A stretch of DNA of 64,000 nt from Arcobacteraceae bacterium (GCA_048268245.1 JBLWVX010000005.1:56003-120002), one strand, 5' to 3'; positions 44,562-54,005 are shown, counted from the first letter of the stretch. Notes: a model not told the origin generated them from the letters alone. Made by a program: numbers and translations.

Positions 44562-45161
44562 ATGTTTAAATTTGAAGATAAAACTATCGAAACTTTAAAT
44601 CTAAACCATAAAAACCTAAAAGAAATCCCTAAAGAGGTCTTTGAAATGAGCTCTTTAAGGAAACTCTACTTATGGAGCAATGCTATTTCGATGCTACCAA
44701 ATGAAATAGCTAGCTTAAACTTGCTAGAATGTCTTGATATTAGAAATAATACTTTGGAAACTTTGCCTTTTGAGATTTCTAAGCTTGAAAACTTAAAAAC
44801 ACTTTATCTCTCATCAAATAAGCTAAAAGAGTTGCCACTAGGTTTTTCTAAGCTAAAAAACTTAGAAAAAATAGTCTTAAATGATAACTGTTTTGAAGTG
44901 TTTCCAACGCAACTTTTAAAAATGCCAAAGCTTCAAAGAGTGATAATAAGAAACAATAATATAAAAGAAGTCCCAAAAGAAATAACAAATATGAAAGGTT
45001 TGAAAAACTTAGATATAAGTGGAAATTTATTAGAAGTTTTACCCCAAGAATTAAAAGAGTTGAAGAATTTAAAAAGACTAGATGTAAGCAAAAATAAAAT
45101 AAAAGAAAATGAACTTAAAATAGAAGAGTTTGAAAGCCTAAAAGTCTTTCAAAACTCTTGA
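44562..45161 (+). CDS. Leucine-rich repeat protein
   Basis: About seven 23-aa LxxLxLxxNxLxxLP repeats. Confidence 0.9.
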   Translation: MFKFEDKTIETLNLNHKNLKEIPKEVFEMSSLRKLYLWSNAISMLPNEIASLNLLECLDIRNNTLETLPFEISKLENLKTLYLSSNKLKELPLGFSKLKNLEKIVLNDNCFEVFPTQLLKMPKLQRVIIRNNNIKEVPKEITNMKGLKNLDISGNLLEVLPQELKELKNLKRLDVSKNKIKENELKIEEFESLKVFQNS

Positions 45162-45302
45162 TTTTTTGAGAGTGTTTAGAGTTTTGTGTCAGTAACTTAT
45201 AGTTCCTAGAATTTTAGAATAGGTAATCTTACTAATCCTAATTTACGCCAAAAAGTACAGGTTTTGAATCAGAATTTAACAATCAATATTTATTCATAAA
45301 AT

Positions 45303-46265
45303 TTAAAAATCCAATGGTGATTTAATATCACCTTTATTTAATTCTTTTACTACATGTGTATATATCATCGTAGTTTCTATAGATTTATGTCCTAAAAGTT
45401 CTTGAATGCTTCGTATATCTGTACCATTCTGCAAAAGATGAGTTGCATAAGAGTGTCTAAAAATATGAGAGGTTACTCTTTTATCTATATTGGATTTTTC
45501 AACTGCATTTTTTATATTTCTACTTAAAGTCACATCTAAAATATGATGTCGTCTTTGTTCACCACTTCTTGGGTCTTTCGAGATTTTATTCATAGGAAAA
45601 ACATATTGCCATTTGGTTTCAAATTTTGCTTTTGGAAATTTTCGTTCAAGTGCATAAGGTATATATACACTTCCATATCCATTTTCTAAATCTTTTTGGT
45701 GTATTTCTTTTACTTTCTCAACTTGAATTTTAAGTTCATCTTTTATTTTTAGTGGAAGTGGTAAAGTTCTATCTTTAAGTGACTTACTATCCCAAATATA
45801 GATTTTATCGTATCCGAAATCAATATCTTTTATACGTATATTTTGTGCTTCTTTCATTCTTAATCCACACCCATACATAAGTTTAACTATGAGTTGATAA
45901 ATACCTGTCATATTTAATATAATACTTCTTACTTCATTTATAGTTAAAACTACAGGAATATGCTTTCTCTCTTTTGCTCTTAAAGCTTGAATGTTCTCAT
46001 CTTTTAATGATATATTCAAAACTTGTTCATATAAAAATAATATTGCATTAAAGGCTTGGTTCTGCGTTGTAGGAGAGACATTAAACTCAGTGGCAAGATG
46101 GGTTAGGAATTGTTCAATTTCAACTTTACCCATATATTTAGGATGCTTTTTGTTATGGTATAGTATATATTTTTTAGCCCAATAGATATAGACTCTTTCT
46201 GTGCTCATACTATAATGTTTAAACCTTATCTTATCTCTCATAATATCAAGTAATTTTTTAGCCAT
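45303..46265 (-). CDS. intI: Integron integrase (tyrosine recombinase)
   Basis: [19 protein letters not shown], IntI-specific insert ([11 protein letters not shown]), [24 protein letters not shown]. Confidence 0.96.
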   Translation of the reverse strand: MAKKLLDIMRDKIRFKHYSMSTERVYIYWAKKYILYHNKKHPKYMGKVEIEQFLTHLATEFNVSPTTQNQAFNAILFLYEQVLNISLKDENIQALRAKERKHIPVVLTINEVRSIILNMTGIYQLIVKLMYGCGLRMKEAQNIRIKDIDFGYDKIYIWDSKSLKDRTLPLPLKIKDELKIQVEKVKEIHQKDLENGYGSVYIPYALERKFPKAKFETKWQYVFPMNKISKDPRSGEQRRHHILDVTLSRNIKNAVEKSNIDKRVTSHIFRHSYATHLLQNGTDIRSIQELLGHKSIETTMIYTHVVKELNKGDIKSPLDF

Positions 46266-46440
46266 ATGTGTCTCCTAAAATGTAGTATTATTATGTTTTT
46301 TTCTAATTAACATACATAATGTATTTTTATTACCTTCATCTAGACAAAAAATATATATTTAAATTATAATTAAAAATAAAAAATCAATTCAAAATATTAC
46401 ATTTTGTAATATTTTTTCATTAAATACCTATTTTAAGGAT

Positions 46441-46516
46441 ATTTTATATGAATGTTTAGTTATTGAGATAATTAAGTAATAAATATATATAATGTATTGT
46501 TATTAAATAGTTAGCT
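46441..46516 (+). mobile_element. attI site; crossover G|TTAGCT at 46510/46511
   Basis: GTTAGCT upstream of divergent intI is the exact complement of R'' AGCTAAC of the first attC; left boundary approximate. Confidence 0.8.
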
Positions 46517-46586
46517 CACAGAAGGTACTCTTAAGAAAAATATAGTAAACTTACATATTATATACTATTTTACCAAAAGGCATTTA

Positions 46587-47036
46587 ATGGAAATAAAAAA
46601 TAATTTTAAAATACCCAAAGAACAAAGTTCTGGTTTTTTATTATGGCAAATTACAACAATTTGGCAAAGAAAAATTAAAATAGCATTAGAAAGTGTAAAT
46701 CTTAGTCATTCAGGATTTGTAATTTTAGCTTCTTTGGTTTGGTTCAAAGAACAAAACCAAGAAGTTACACAAACAACAATTATTGAACATTCAAAACTAG
46801 ACAAAATGACAGTATCAAAAAGTTTAAAAACTTTGGAAAAAGATAATTTTATTTTACGAACTGAAAATGAAAAAGATACAAGAGCAAAAACTATTATTCT
46901 TACAGATAAAGGATTTACCTTAGCACTTAACTCTATCAAAATAGTTGAAGACATAGATATCCAATTTTTTTCAAAGTTGAATATAGAAGAAAAAAAGAAT
47001 TTGAATAAAATATTTAGTAAATTAAAGGAATTATAA
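46587..47036 (+). CDS. MarR-family regulator (cassette 1)
   Basis: SSGFLLWQ, DKMTVSK, DTRAK winged helix. Confidence 0.9.
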   Translation: MEIKNNFKIPKEQSSGFLLWQITTIWQRKIKIALESVNLSHSGFVILASLVWFKEQNQEVTQTTIIEHSKLDKMTVSKSLKTLEKDNFILRTENEKDTRAKTIILTDKGFTLALNSIKIVEDIDIQFFSKLNIEEKKNLNKIFSKLKEL

Positions 47037-47037
47037 A

Positions 47038-47514
47038 ATGGAATTTAGTCATTCAATACAAATAAAAGCAACACCACAAACAATTTTTAATATTTATGCA
47101 GATGTGAATAACTGGTCAATATGGGATAAAGATGTTGAGTTATCCTCAATTCAAGGGGAATTTAAAACTGGTGTTAATGGTGAATTAAAACCAAAAGGTG
47201 CTCCTAGATCAAAAATATTTTTTACAGAAGTTATAAAAGATAAATCTTTTACAACATTAGGAAAATTACCATTATGTAAAATGTATTTTGAACATACTAT
47301 AAATACAATAAATGAGAATATAACAGAAGTCACTCATACAATTAAATTTATAGGGTTTTTATCCCCAGTATTTGGAAAATTAATTGGAAATGGTATTAAA
47401 AAAAGTCTACCTGATGTACTTGAAGGACTGAAATTGCATGCAGAAGCTAACAAAACCTTGGAAGAAAAACAAGGGTGTACTTGCGATAGTTTAAAGCTTT
47501 ATCTTGTAAACTAA
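47038..47514 (+). CDS. SRPBCC/polyketide cyclase family protein (cassette 1); reads into attC
   Basis: I.ATP..IF..Y.D...W..WD signature. Confidence 0.82.
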   Translation: MEFSHSIQIKATPQTIFNIYADVNNWSIWDKDVELSSIQGEFKTGVNGELKPKGAPRSKIFFTEVIKDKSFTTLGKLPLCKMYFEHTINTINENITEVTHTIKFIGFLSPVFGKLIGNGIKKSLPDVLEGLKLHAEANKTLEEKQGCTCDSLKLYLVN

Positions 47515-47577
47515 GAAAAAAATAGATTTGAACTATCAAGTATAAAACACCCTTGTTTTTCAAGTCCAACGTTATGC
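47445..47577 (+). mobile_element. attC site 1 (133 bp)
   Basis: R'' AGCTAAC, L'' CTTGGAAG with extrahelical G, AAAAACAAGGGTGT/ACACCCTTGTTTTT stem, R' GTTATGC. Confidence 0.92.
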
Positions 47578-47713
47578 TATGATATGAAAATTATGGTATA
47601 ATACCGTTAAATAATTTAGGGGAGCCGTAAAAGGTCTGGAGCAACACCTTGCAGTAAATAAAAGTCTAAAGTGTACATCTGTACTAACTAATAAATATAA
47701 TAAGGATAATATT

Positions 47714-47863
47714 ATGCAAGACAAAAAAAACAACAGAAAAAAAACTCCATCCAATAAAGTCCTAACAGGAATAAAATACAACTTAGCATTCGCACTAGCA
47801 TTTAATGCAAATGTAGAACTAAGTACCAATGTAACAATAAATACTGATAGGGTGTTGCCCTAA
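47714..47863 (+). CDS. Putative 49-aa basic small protein (cassette 2)
   Basis: AAGGA RBS; MQDKKNNRKKTPSNKVLTGIKYNLAFALAFNANVELSTNVTINTDRVLP. Confidence 0.45.
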   Translation: MQDKKNNRKKTPSNKVLTGIKYNLAFALAFNANVELSTNVTINTDRVLP

Positions 47864-47896
47864 GTTATTTACTTAAATATACAATCAAACTTAAAA

Positions 47897-48028
47897 GCAT
47901 AACAAATCCTTGGAAGAAGAACAAGTGAAAACGGCGATTTTTCAATCTTCAAAGATTCAATTAGATAAGATATTAAATCAAAAGTGACAAGTTATTAGTT
48001 CACTTGTCCTTCAAGTCAGTCGTTAGAA
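47897..48028 (+). mobile_element. attC site 2 (132 bp)
   Basis: R'' GCATAAC is complementary to cassette start GTTATGC; CTTGGAAG/CTTCAAG; ACAAGTGAA/TTCACTTGT stem; R' GTTAGAA. Confidence 0.92.
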
Positions 48029-48033
48029 CTCCT

Positions 48034-48171
48034 ATAAACTCTAAATTTTGGAAGAAAATCAGAAAATCTTACTTATCGACTTTATAAGCTTTATGTAGAG
48101 ATATAATTTCTTCCAAAAAGTGTTCAAGAAGTAAAATTTATAGATTCTCTAAAATCAGACTTTTTGAACAA
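48034..48171 (+). repeat. Double-hairpin intergenic repeat, copy A
   Basis: TTTTGGAAGAAA..TTTCTTCCAAAA and TGTTCAAGAAGT..ACTTTTTGAACA stems; similar to the reverse complement of 59454-59585. Confidence 0.75.
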
Positions 48172-48177
48172 TAAAAA

Positions 48178-48873
48178 CTACTTTTTGTAAACTGCAAAGA
48201 AATGTGGTACACTTGGTACTTGGTCATCATCATAAGCTAAAAAACTTTGCTCTTTTAGATTTTGTACTGTTATGAACTCATCTATTTCTGATTTACTTAA
48301 AGGTTTTGGTATTTCATCTTCTTTTTCATGTTCACCTCTACTTCTACATGAAACTAAAATATATCCACTTTTTGAAAGAAGTGAAGTCATAGAAGTTCTT
48401 GCTTTTTTTCTATACGCATCTGGCAAAACTTGAATAGTATTACACTCATAAACTACATCAAAACTCTCAACCCATTCCTTTGGATAGTCAAACAAATCAG
48501 CTACTACAAACTGAACTTTTGTATTTGGGTATCTGTTTTTACAAAGCTCTATAGCTTTTGGTGAAATATCAAAAGCAACAACTTCAAAACCAAACTCACT
48601 TAAAGCCTGAGCATCATCACCAACTCCACAGCCAATAACACAAGCTTTTTTGTTTGGCTTGTTTATAGAATTTTCTTTTAGCCAGGATACAAGATAAGGA
48701 CTTGGTTCTAAATCAGCCCAAAATACCTTCGTATAGTCACCTTTGGCACTCTCATAAATATGGTCAAACCATTGAGTTGGTTTGTCTTCTTCATAATAAG
48801 ACTTAACCATATCTTTGTACTTATCTGCTTCAAAAGTATCTTTGTTTAGAAAATCAAATTCATTCATAATCAT
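48178..48873 (-). CDS. Class I SAM-dependent methyltransferase (TPMT-like)
   Basis: VIGCGVGDDA, FDISP.AI, ADLF; RBS-supported start at 48873. Confidence 0.88.
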   Translation of the reverse strand: MIMNEFDFLNKDTFEADKYKDMVKSYYEEDKPTQWFDHIYESAKGDYTKVFWADLEPSPYLVSWLKENSINKPNKKACVIGCGVGDDAQALSEFGFEVVAFDISPKAIELCKNRYPNTKVQFVVADLFDYPKEWVESFDVVYECNTIQVLPDAYRKKARTSMTSLLSKSGYILVSCRSRGEHEKEDEIPKPLSKSEIDEFITVQNLKEQSFLAYDDDQVPSVPHFFAVYKK

Positions 48874-48944
48874 ATACCTTTTGTTTTTGAGTGATTTTAG
48901 CAGTAGTTTTCTTAATGGTGCTATGTATTGACCCGTACAGTCGA

Positions 48945-48973
48945 TTGACAATAGTTCTATAATGCTATATAAT
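48945..48973 (+). promoter_or_regulatory. Consensus sigma70 promoter of the TA operon
   Basis: TTGACA-17 bp-TATAAT. Confidence 0.8.
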
Positions 48974-49001
48974 TAATAAAGTAATCACAGAAGGTTAAAA
49001 A

Positions 49002-49211
49002 ATGGGAAGAAATGAAATTTTTGAGGAAGCATTAGATTTACATGTTACTGAAAAGTTTTTACTTATAGAAGAACTTTTAAAAAGTCTTGACAAACCTGAT
49101 ATTGAAATAAATAAAGTTTGGGAAGAAGAAGCTCAAAAAAGACTTGATTTATATAAACAAGGAAAAATAGAAGCTTTATCTGAAGAAGAGTTCTTTTCAA
49201 ATGAACATTAA
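49002..49211 (+). CDS. Addiction module antitoxin component
   Basis: AL.L...E...L.EELL.SL..W.EEA.KR..Y..G pattern; overlaps the toxin gene. Confidence 0.85.
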   Translation: MGRNEIFEEALDLHVTEKFLLIEELLKSLDKPDIEINKVWEEEAQKRLDLYKQGKIEALSEEEFFSNEH

Positions 49212-49491
49212 ATACCTAAAACTAGCAAAATTAGAATTTGATGACTCAAAATCTTATTATGAATTGCAACAAAAAGGTTTGGGAAAAAGCTTTGAAAATG
49301 AAGTGAGAAATTCTATAAACAGAATAAAAAGATTTCCTAACTCATATCAAAAAATCTTCAATGAAATAAGAAGATGTACACTACATAAATTTCCTCACAA
49401 TATATTATATACACAACAAAAAGATTATATTTTAATAATTGCGATTGCACATCAACATAGAAAACCTGATTATTGGGTTGGTAGATTATAA
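49201..49491 (+). CDS. RelE/ParE-family toxin
   Basis: YYE....GLG..F, RR..L..FP, IAIAHQHRKPDYW. Confidence 0.9.
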   Translation: MNIKYLKLAKLEFDDSKSYYELQQKGLGKSFENEVRNSINRIKRFPNSYQKIFNEIRRCTLHKFPHNILYTQQKDYILIIAIAHQHRKPDYWVGRL

Positions 49492-49612
49492 AAGTATTGA
49501 TTCATTGAAAGCATTATTTAATATAATTTAATATTAAAATGATTTATTATCTAAAAATAATATATTTTATACTAAAATTCCATTAATAATAATAAAATAT
49601 TGAGAGTTTGAT

Positions 49613-49882
49613 ATGTCTATAAAAAATGATGATAATCTTTTAGAAGAGTTAAAAGAGATAATTTTACTATTAAAGAGTTCTACTGAAAAAGAAACTACAA
49701 ATAGTAAAGCTTTTGAAATGAAGGTTATTGAAGAATACTTTAATTATAAAAGAGAAGTATTGGAGTATGATCTAAAAGAAAAATGGTACAATAAGTATAA
49801 AAGTTATATTTTTACTATTACTATACTTTCTTCATTTATTTTAATTCCGTATATTTTAAAGTTATTAAATGTCATCAAATAA
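49613..49882 (+). CDS. Hypothetical protein with C-terminal TM
   Basis: 89-aa ORF overlapping the next gene. Confidence 0.5.
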   Translation: MSIKNDDNLLEELKEIILLLKSSTEKETTNSKAFEMKVIEEYFNYKREVLEYDLKEKWYNKYKSYIFTITILSSFILIPYILKLLNVIK

Positions 49883-51570
49883 AGAAATATTTATTAATTA
49901 CTTAAATAAATCAATTGAAAAGCAGATTGATAAATCTTTAGATATTTATCTTTGTATTGGTTCAAGTTATTTTGAAGATGAGTTAAAAGAGTATATTATA
50001 AACTATGATACGATAGATTTTGAAATTAATTTTTATGAAGAAATATTTGAAAATTTAGATTTGAATTATCACAAAATTCATTTATTTTTCAGAAACGTCT
50101 TATTTGAAAAAACAGCTTCTTTTAAAAATTTAACTCTTGAAAAATTAGAATTTAGAGAAGTTACTTTCAGAAAAATGTAGGCATAAAACAAGTTTGTATA
50201 AATAATCTTATCTTTAGACCTTATGAAATAAATGCAAATGTAGTTATAAATGTAGATAATTATTCTGATAAAAATGGACTGATAGTAGATAGTGAAAATT
50301 ATTTTATTAAAAATATAGAGTTTGAAGATCCTCATGTTTGTAATGGTAAGATTTTTTTTGTAGGTACAAATTTTGAAGATGGTAATTTTAGAAATCGATT
50401 ATTAGATAATGTAGTTTTTCAAAATTGTAATTTTGAAAATACATATTTTGCTAATTCTTTTTTATCTAAAACTACTTTTTTAAATTGTAAATTTCCTTTA
50501 ATTAAGAGTTCTTTTAAAAATGTATTCGTTTCGGAAAATATTAGCTTAATTATATTTTTACCTATTTATATTTTTTCTGTCTTTCTAGTAGTTAACCTTT
50601 TTTCTAATACTTATCCTAATTTAAATAATGAATATTTATTGTTTTTTCTAATACCTATTATTCTAATATTTATTTTTTTATTTTCCTTCCCTACAGAATT
50701 TTTGAAATAATACTTTCTAAATTTATTTTGAAAATAGATTCTAATAAAAAAACTATAATAAATCATCACATTGGTTTAGCAGATGAAAGACTTGTAAATA
50801 GGTATATCTCAGAAAACAATAAGGCATTAGATTTTTTGAGTAATAGAAAACAGTATTTAAAAAATTTAAAAATATATTATAACTCCTTATCAAATATAAA
50901 TTTTATTTATAATGATTTAAAAGTAAATTTTAAAAACTCTTCAAATCCTCAACTCTCTGGAGATTTTCACTATTCTTATTCTTATAATAAAATAATATTA
51001 GCAGATAGATTTTATGACACGTTTTTGTTAATCGCTAGTTATATGATAAATGGGTTTTGTGAAAGGTTTATAAAAAGTATTTGTTTTATACTTTTTTTTA
51101 TAGGAGTACTTTTTCTTATAAGTAATCCAAATGAAGATTATATCTCAACGCCTTCAACACCAGCTTTTTTACTTGAAGTTAATATAAAAGAGATTGAAAA
51201 AATGAGGAATACAGGAATTAAAGATAGAAGGATTGAACTTCCTCTAAATTATACAGAAGATAGTTTTTTACTAATGAGTAAAAATAGTAAAAACTTTGCA
51301 GAAGGCCATAATTTCTATGCTTATGATAATAGATTTGATTTTAATTTTCTTGAGCATAAAGTACCAAAATTAAACGTACATGAAAATAAAGACTTAGTAA
51401 GATTATATTACGCTTTATCTCATATAACTTATCCTTTTACGCAAGAGAGTAAAAGTTGGTTTCAAAATATTACTAAAAAAGCTAATATGACTACCCTTGC
51501 TTGTACCATATTGATTTGGATTTATTTAATAGGAATGGCAACAGCAATTTTTAATAGAGTGAAGAGGTAA
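49869..51570 (+). pseudogene. Pentapeptide-repeat membrane protein broken by two 1-nt frameshifts
   Basis: Frame can be continued across the A5 run (~50171-50175) and the T5 run (~50699-50703); the middle segment encodes NVVFQNCNFENTYFANSFLSKTTFLNCKF plus TM helices. Confidence 0.7.
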
Positions 51571-51703
51571 TAAAAGAAAAGTCACCCCTCCACACACTCA
51601 AAAAAAGCTATGATAAAATTGCCATACTAATCAAAAAAGCTCAACTAATACAAAGAAAATTTATGTATATTATACATAAAATATTTATACATTGGGAAGA
51701 TAG

Positions 51704-52603
51704 ATGAAGTTATTAGTTGAACTACCTGAATTGATTGAAGATACTGTTTTGATTACTCCTGCTATTGAGAATCTTTTGAAGCATTATAGAAACGCTGAAG
51801 TTACTTTTGTAGGTTCTAGTGTTTCTACACAACTTTTTTCTAAAGATGAAAGAGTTAAAAACTTAGTTGTTGAGGAGACTTCTAAGAGTTTGTTTACTCT
51901 TATTTCACTTTTTAGAATGGCAAAAAGTTTTGATGAGCAAGATTTAGTTATCTCTTTTAAAGATGGTTTTTTATCTAAGTTTTTTGTTTATTTTGTAGAT
52001 GCAAAAAAGAAAGTAAGTTATACTTCAAACAACAAAGATATTCATCAAGTTGAAAAGTACAATAACTTTGTAAATGAAACTTTAGATACTTCATATAAAG
52101 CAGGGGACTTGATGCTTCACTTTAAACCTCAATGGTTTAAAAAACCTACTTTTGGTATTCACCCAGGTTCGACTTATGCAGATGTAAAAAGATGGCCACC
52201 ACAAGAGTTTGCTAAAGTAGCTGTTGCTTTATCTGCTAAATATGACATAGTACTTCTAGGTGGTAAAAATGAAGTAGATATTTGTAGTGTGATTGAAGAA
52301 GAGCTACAAGCAAATGGTATTTCAAACTATGAAAATCTTGCTGGTAAAACTTCTATAGCTGATTTAGTAGAGAAAATCGCTGCTCTTGATTTGTTTTTAG
52401 GAATAGATTGTGGACCTATGCAGTTAGCTGCTGTTTATAGAGTAAACTCTATAATTTTACCAACATCATATGATAAAATAGAGCAAAGAAATCAGTGGAA
52501 AAATCCACTTGAAACAATAGTTTATAAAGAAGTAGACCCTTATGAGGATGAGCCTGATTATACTGTGCAAGCTCAAGATGTTTTAAAACTATTTAAGTTA
52601 TAA
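51704..52603 (+). CDS. Glycosyltransferase family 9 (heptosyltransferase-like)
   Basis: HPGS....KRWP..F, NLAGKTS, DCGPMQLA. Confidence 0.85.
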   Translation: MKLLVELPELIEDTVLITPAIENLLKHYRNAEVTFVGSSVSTQLFSKDERVKNLVVEETSKSLFTLISLFRMAKSFDEQDLVISFKDGFLSKFFVYFVDAKKKVSYTSNNKDIHQVEKYNNFVNETLDTSYKAGDLMLHFKPQWFKKPTFGIHPGSTYADVKRWPPQEFAKVAVALSAKYDIVLLGGKNEVDICSVIEEELQANGISNYENLAGKTSIADLVEKIAALDLFLGIDCGPMQLAAVYRVNSIILPTSYDKIEQRNQWKNPLETIVYKEVDPYEDEPDYTVQAQDVLKLFKL

Positions 52604-52620
52604 GAGTTTAACTCTTATAA
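52599..52620. terminator. Bidirectional terminator hairpin
   Basis: TATAAGAGTT/AACTCTTATA inverted repeat between convergent genes. Confidence 0.6.
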
Positions 52621-53403
52621 CTCAATCTCAAGTCCGATAGGACAATGGTCACTTCCCATAATCTCATCTAAAATATAAGCATCTTTTACAAAATCTTTTA
52701 AATCTTCACTTATATAAAAGTAGTCAATTCTCCAGCCAACATTGTTAGCTCTTGCATTTGCTCTGTATGACCACCATGAATATTTATCTTTTATATCACC
52801 ATTTACAAGTCTAAATGTATCGATATAACCATGCTCTAAAAACTTAGTAATCCAATCTCTCTCCATTGGTAAGAAACCTGATGTTTTTTCATTTGCTTTT
52901 GGTCTTGCGATATCTATTTCTGTGTGCGCTGTATTTACATCACCACAAACTATGATAGATTTTCCTTCTTTTTTTAGATTTTCACAATGCTCTAAAAATC
53001 TATCATAAAACTCCATTTTATATGTAAGTCTTTCATCTTTTGATTGACCATTTGGAAAGTATACATTGAAAAATGCAATATCTTTATCTCCTAAAGTAAA
53101 ATGAACTTCATTTATTCTTCCCTCATCAAGTACATCTACACTTGGACAGTTACACTCAAAAGTTGTTTCAATATCTGTAAATAGTGCTGTTCCACTTCTT
53201 CCTTTGATAGCTGATTCACTAGCAAATAGTGTTTTATACTCTTTTTCAAAGATTGTATCAGGGATTTGTGATTTCATTGATTTTGTTTCTTGAATACCAA
53301 GTAAATCAATATTTGCTTCATCTACCCATTTTAAAGCCTCTTTTTTATCAACTGCTCTAATACCGTTTACATTCCACGAAATAAATTTATATGTTTTTGC
53401 CAT
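52615..53403 (-). CDS. xth: Exodeoxyribonuclease III (AP endonuclease)
   Basis: SWNVNGIRA, QETK, NVYFPNG, GDVN, GWRIDY, GSDHCP. Confidence 0.95.
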   Translation of the reverse strand: MAKTYKFISWNVNGIRAVDKKEALKWVDEANIDLLGIQETKSMKSQIPDTIFEKEYKTLFASESAIKGRSGTALFTDIETTFECNCPSVDVLDEGRINEVHFTLGDKDIAFFNVYFPNGQSKDERLTYKMEFYDRFLEHCENLKKEGKSIIVCGDVNTAHTEIDIARPKANEKTSGFLPMERDWITKFLEHGYIDTFRLVNGDIKDKYSWWSYRANARANNVGWRIDYFYISEDLKDFVKDAYILDEIMGSDHCPIGLEIEL

Positions 53404-53471
53404 TTATTTATACCTTATAATATCTATTAAATTTTGAAATTATATCAGAATAGTCTTGTATTATTTTTATC

Positions 53472-53485
53472 TTGATTCTAATCAA
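53472..53485 (+). promoter_or_regulatory. FNR/CRP-family box upstream of the globin gene
   Basis: Perfect TTGAT-N4-ATCAA at class II spacing from TGnTAAACT (53505-53513). Confidence 0.75.
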
Positions 53486-53542
53486 GACAAAAAATATCCT
53501 ATTTTGATAAACTTCGCCAAATTATTAAAAAAGGAATAAATT

Positions 53543-53968
53543 ATGAATGAAAAAACAATAGAAATTATAAAAGCAACTGCACCAATTGTCAGAGATAAAA
53601 AAGATGAAATTACAAATACAATGTATGAGATTTTATTTACTACTTATCCCGAAACAAAGATTTTATTTAAAGATGCAACTGATGATCAACCAAAGAAATT
53701 AGCAAATGCAATTTATGCTTATGCAAGTAATATTGATAAGTTAGATAATCTTACTAAGGGAATAGAAACGATGGTAAGTGCACATGTAAAAACAAATATT
53801 CAAGCCAAACATTATCCTATGGTAAAAGACTCTTTATTAAAAGCTTTTCAAAAAGTTTTAGGTGAAGCTTGTACTTCAGAAATAGCTACAGCTTGGGCTG
53901 AAGCATATGATTTTTTAGCCAATGTATTAATTCAAAAAGAAAAAGAAGCTTATTCTAAAGTATCATAG
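53543..53968 (+). CDS. Single-domain globin (Vgb/Cgb-like)
   Basis: IKATAP, QPKKLA.AI, AHV..HYP.V, AWAEAY. Confidence 0.92.
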   Translation: MNEKTIEIIKATAPIVRDKKDEITNTMYEILFTTYPETKILFKDATDDQPKKLANAIYAYASNIDKLDNLTKGIETMVSAHVKTNIQAKHYPMVKDSLLKAFQKVLGEACTSEIATAWAEAYDFLANVLIQKEKEAYSKVS

Positions 53969-53982
53969 TTATAAGGTTTAAA

Positions 53983-54004
53983 CTAAAATACCTAAGGTAT
54001 TTAG
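53983..54004. terminator. Bidirectional terminator hairpin
   Basis: CTAAAATACCT/AGGTATTTTAG inverted repeat between convergent genes. Confidence 0.6.
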
Positions 54005-54005
54005 T

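Noticed and set aside
45303..46265. Phage integrase or XerC/D
   Set aside because: Has the IntI-specific insertion and adjacent attI/attC; no phage genes nearby.
47572..47829. 85-aa minus-strand ORF in cassette 2
   Set aside because: No clear RBS, and it is antisense to the promoter- and RBS-supported 49-aa ORF; not fully excluded.
47445..48028. Repeated TAACAAA.CCTTGGAAGAA units as a CRISPR array
   Set aside because: Only two long imperfect palindromes separated by gene-sized DNA, no cas genes; they fit attC structure.
48874..48951. N-terminal extension of the methyltransferase in the ORF track
   Set aside because: The RBS sits before 48873 and the extension runs into the divergent TA promoter.
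49492..49612. attC after the TA module
   Set aside because: Only AT-rich palindromes; no RYYYAAC..GTTRRRY pair with L boxes.
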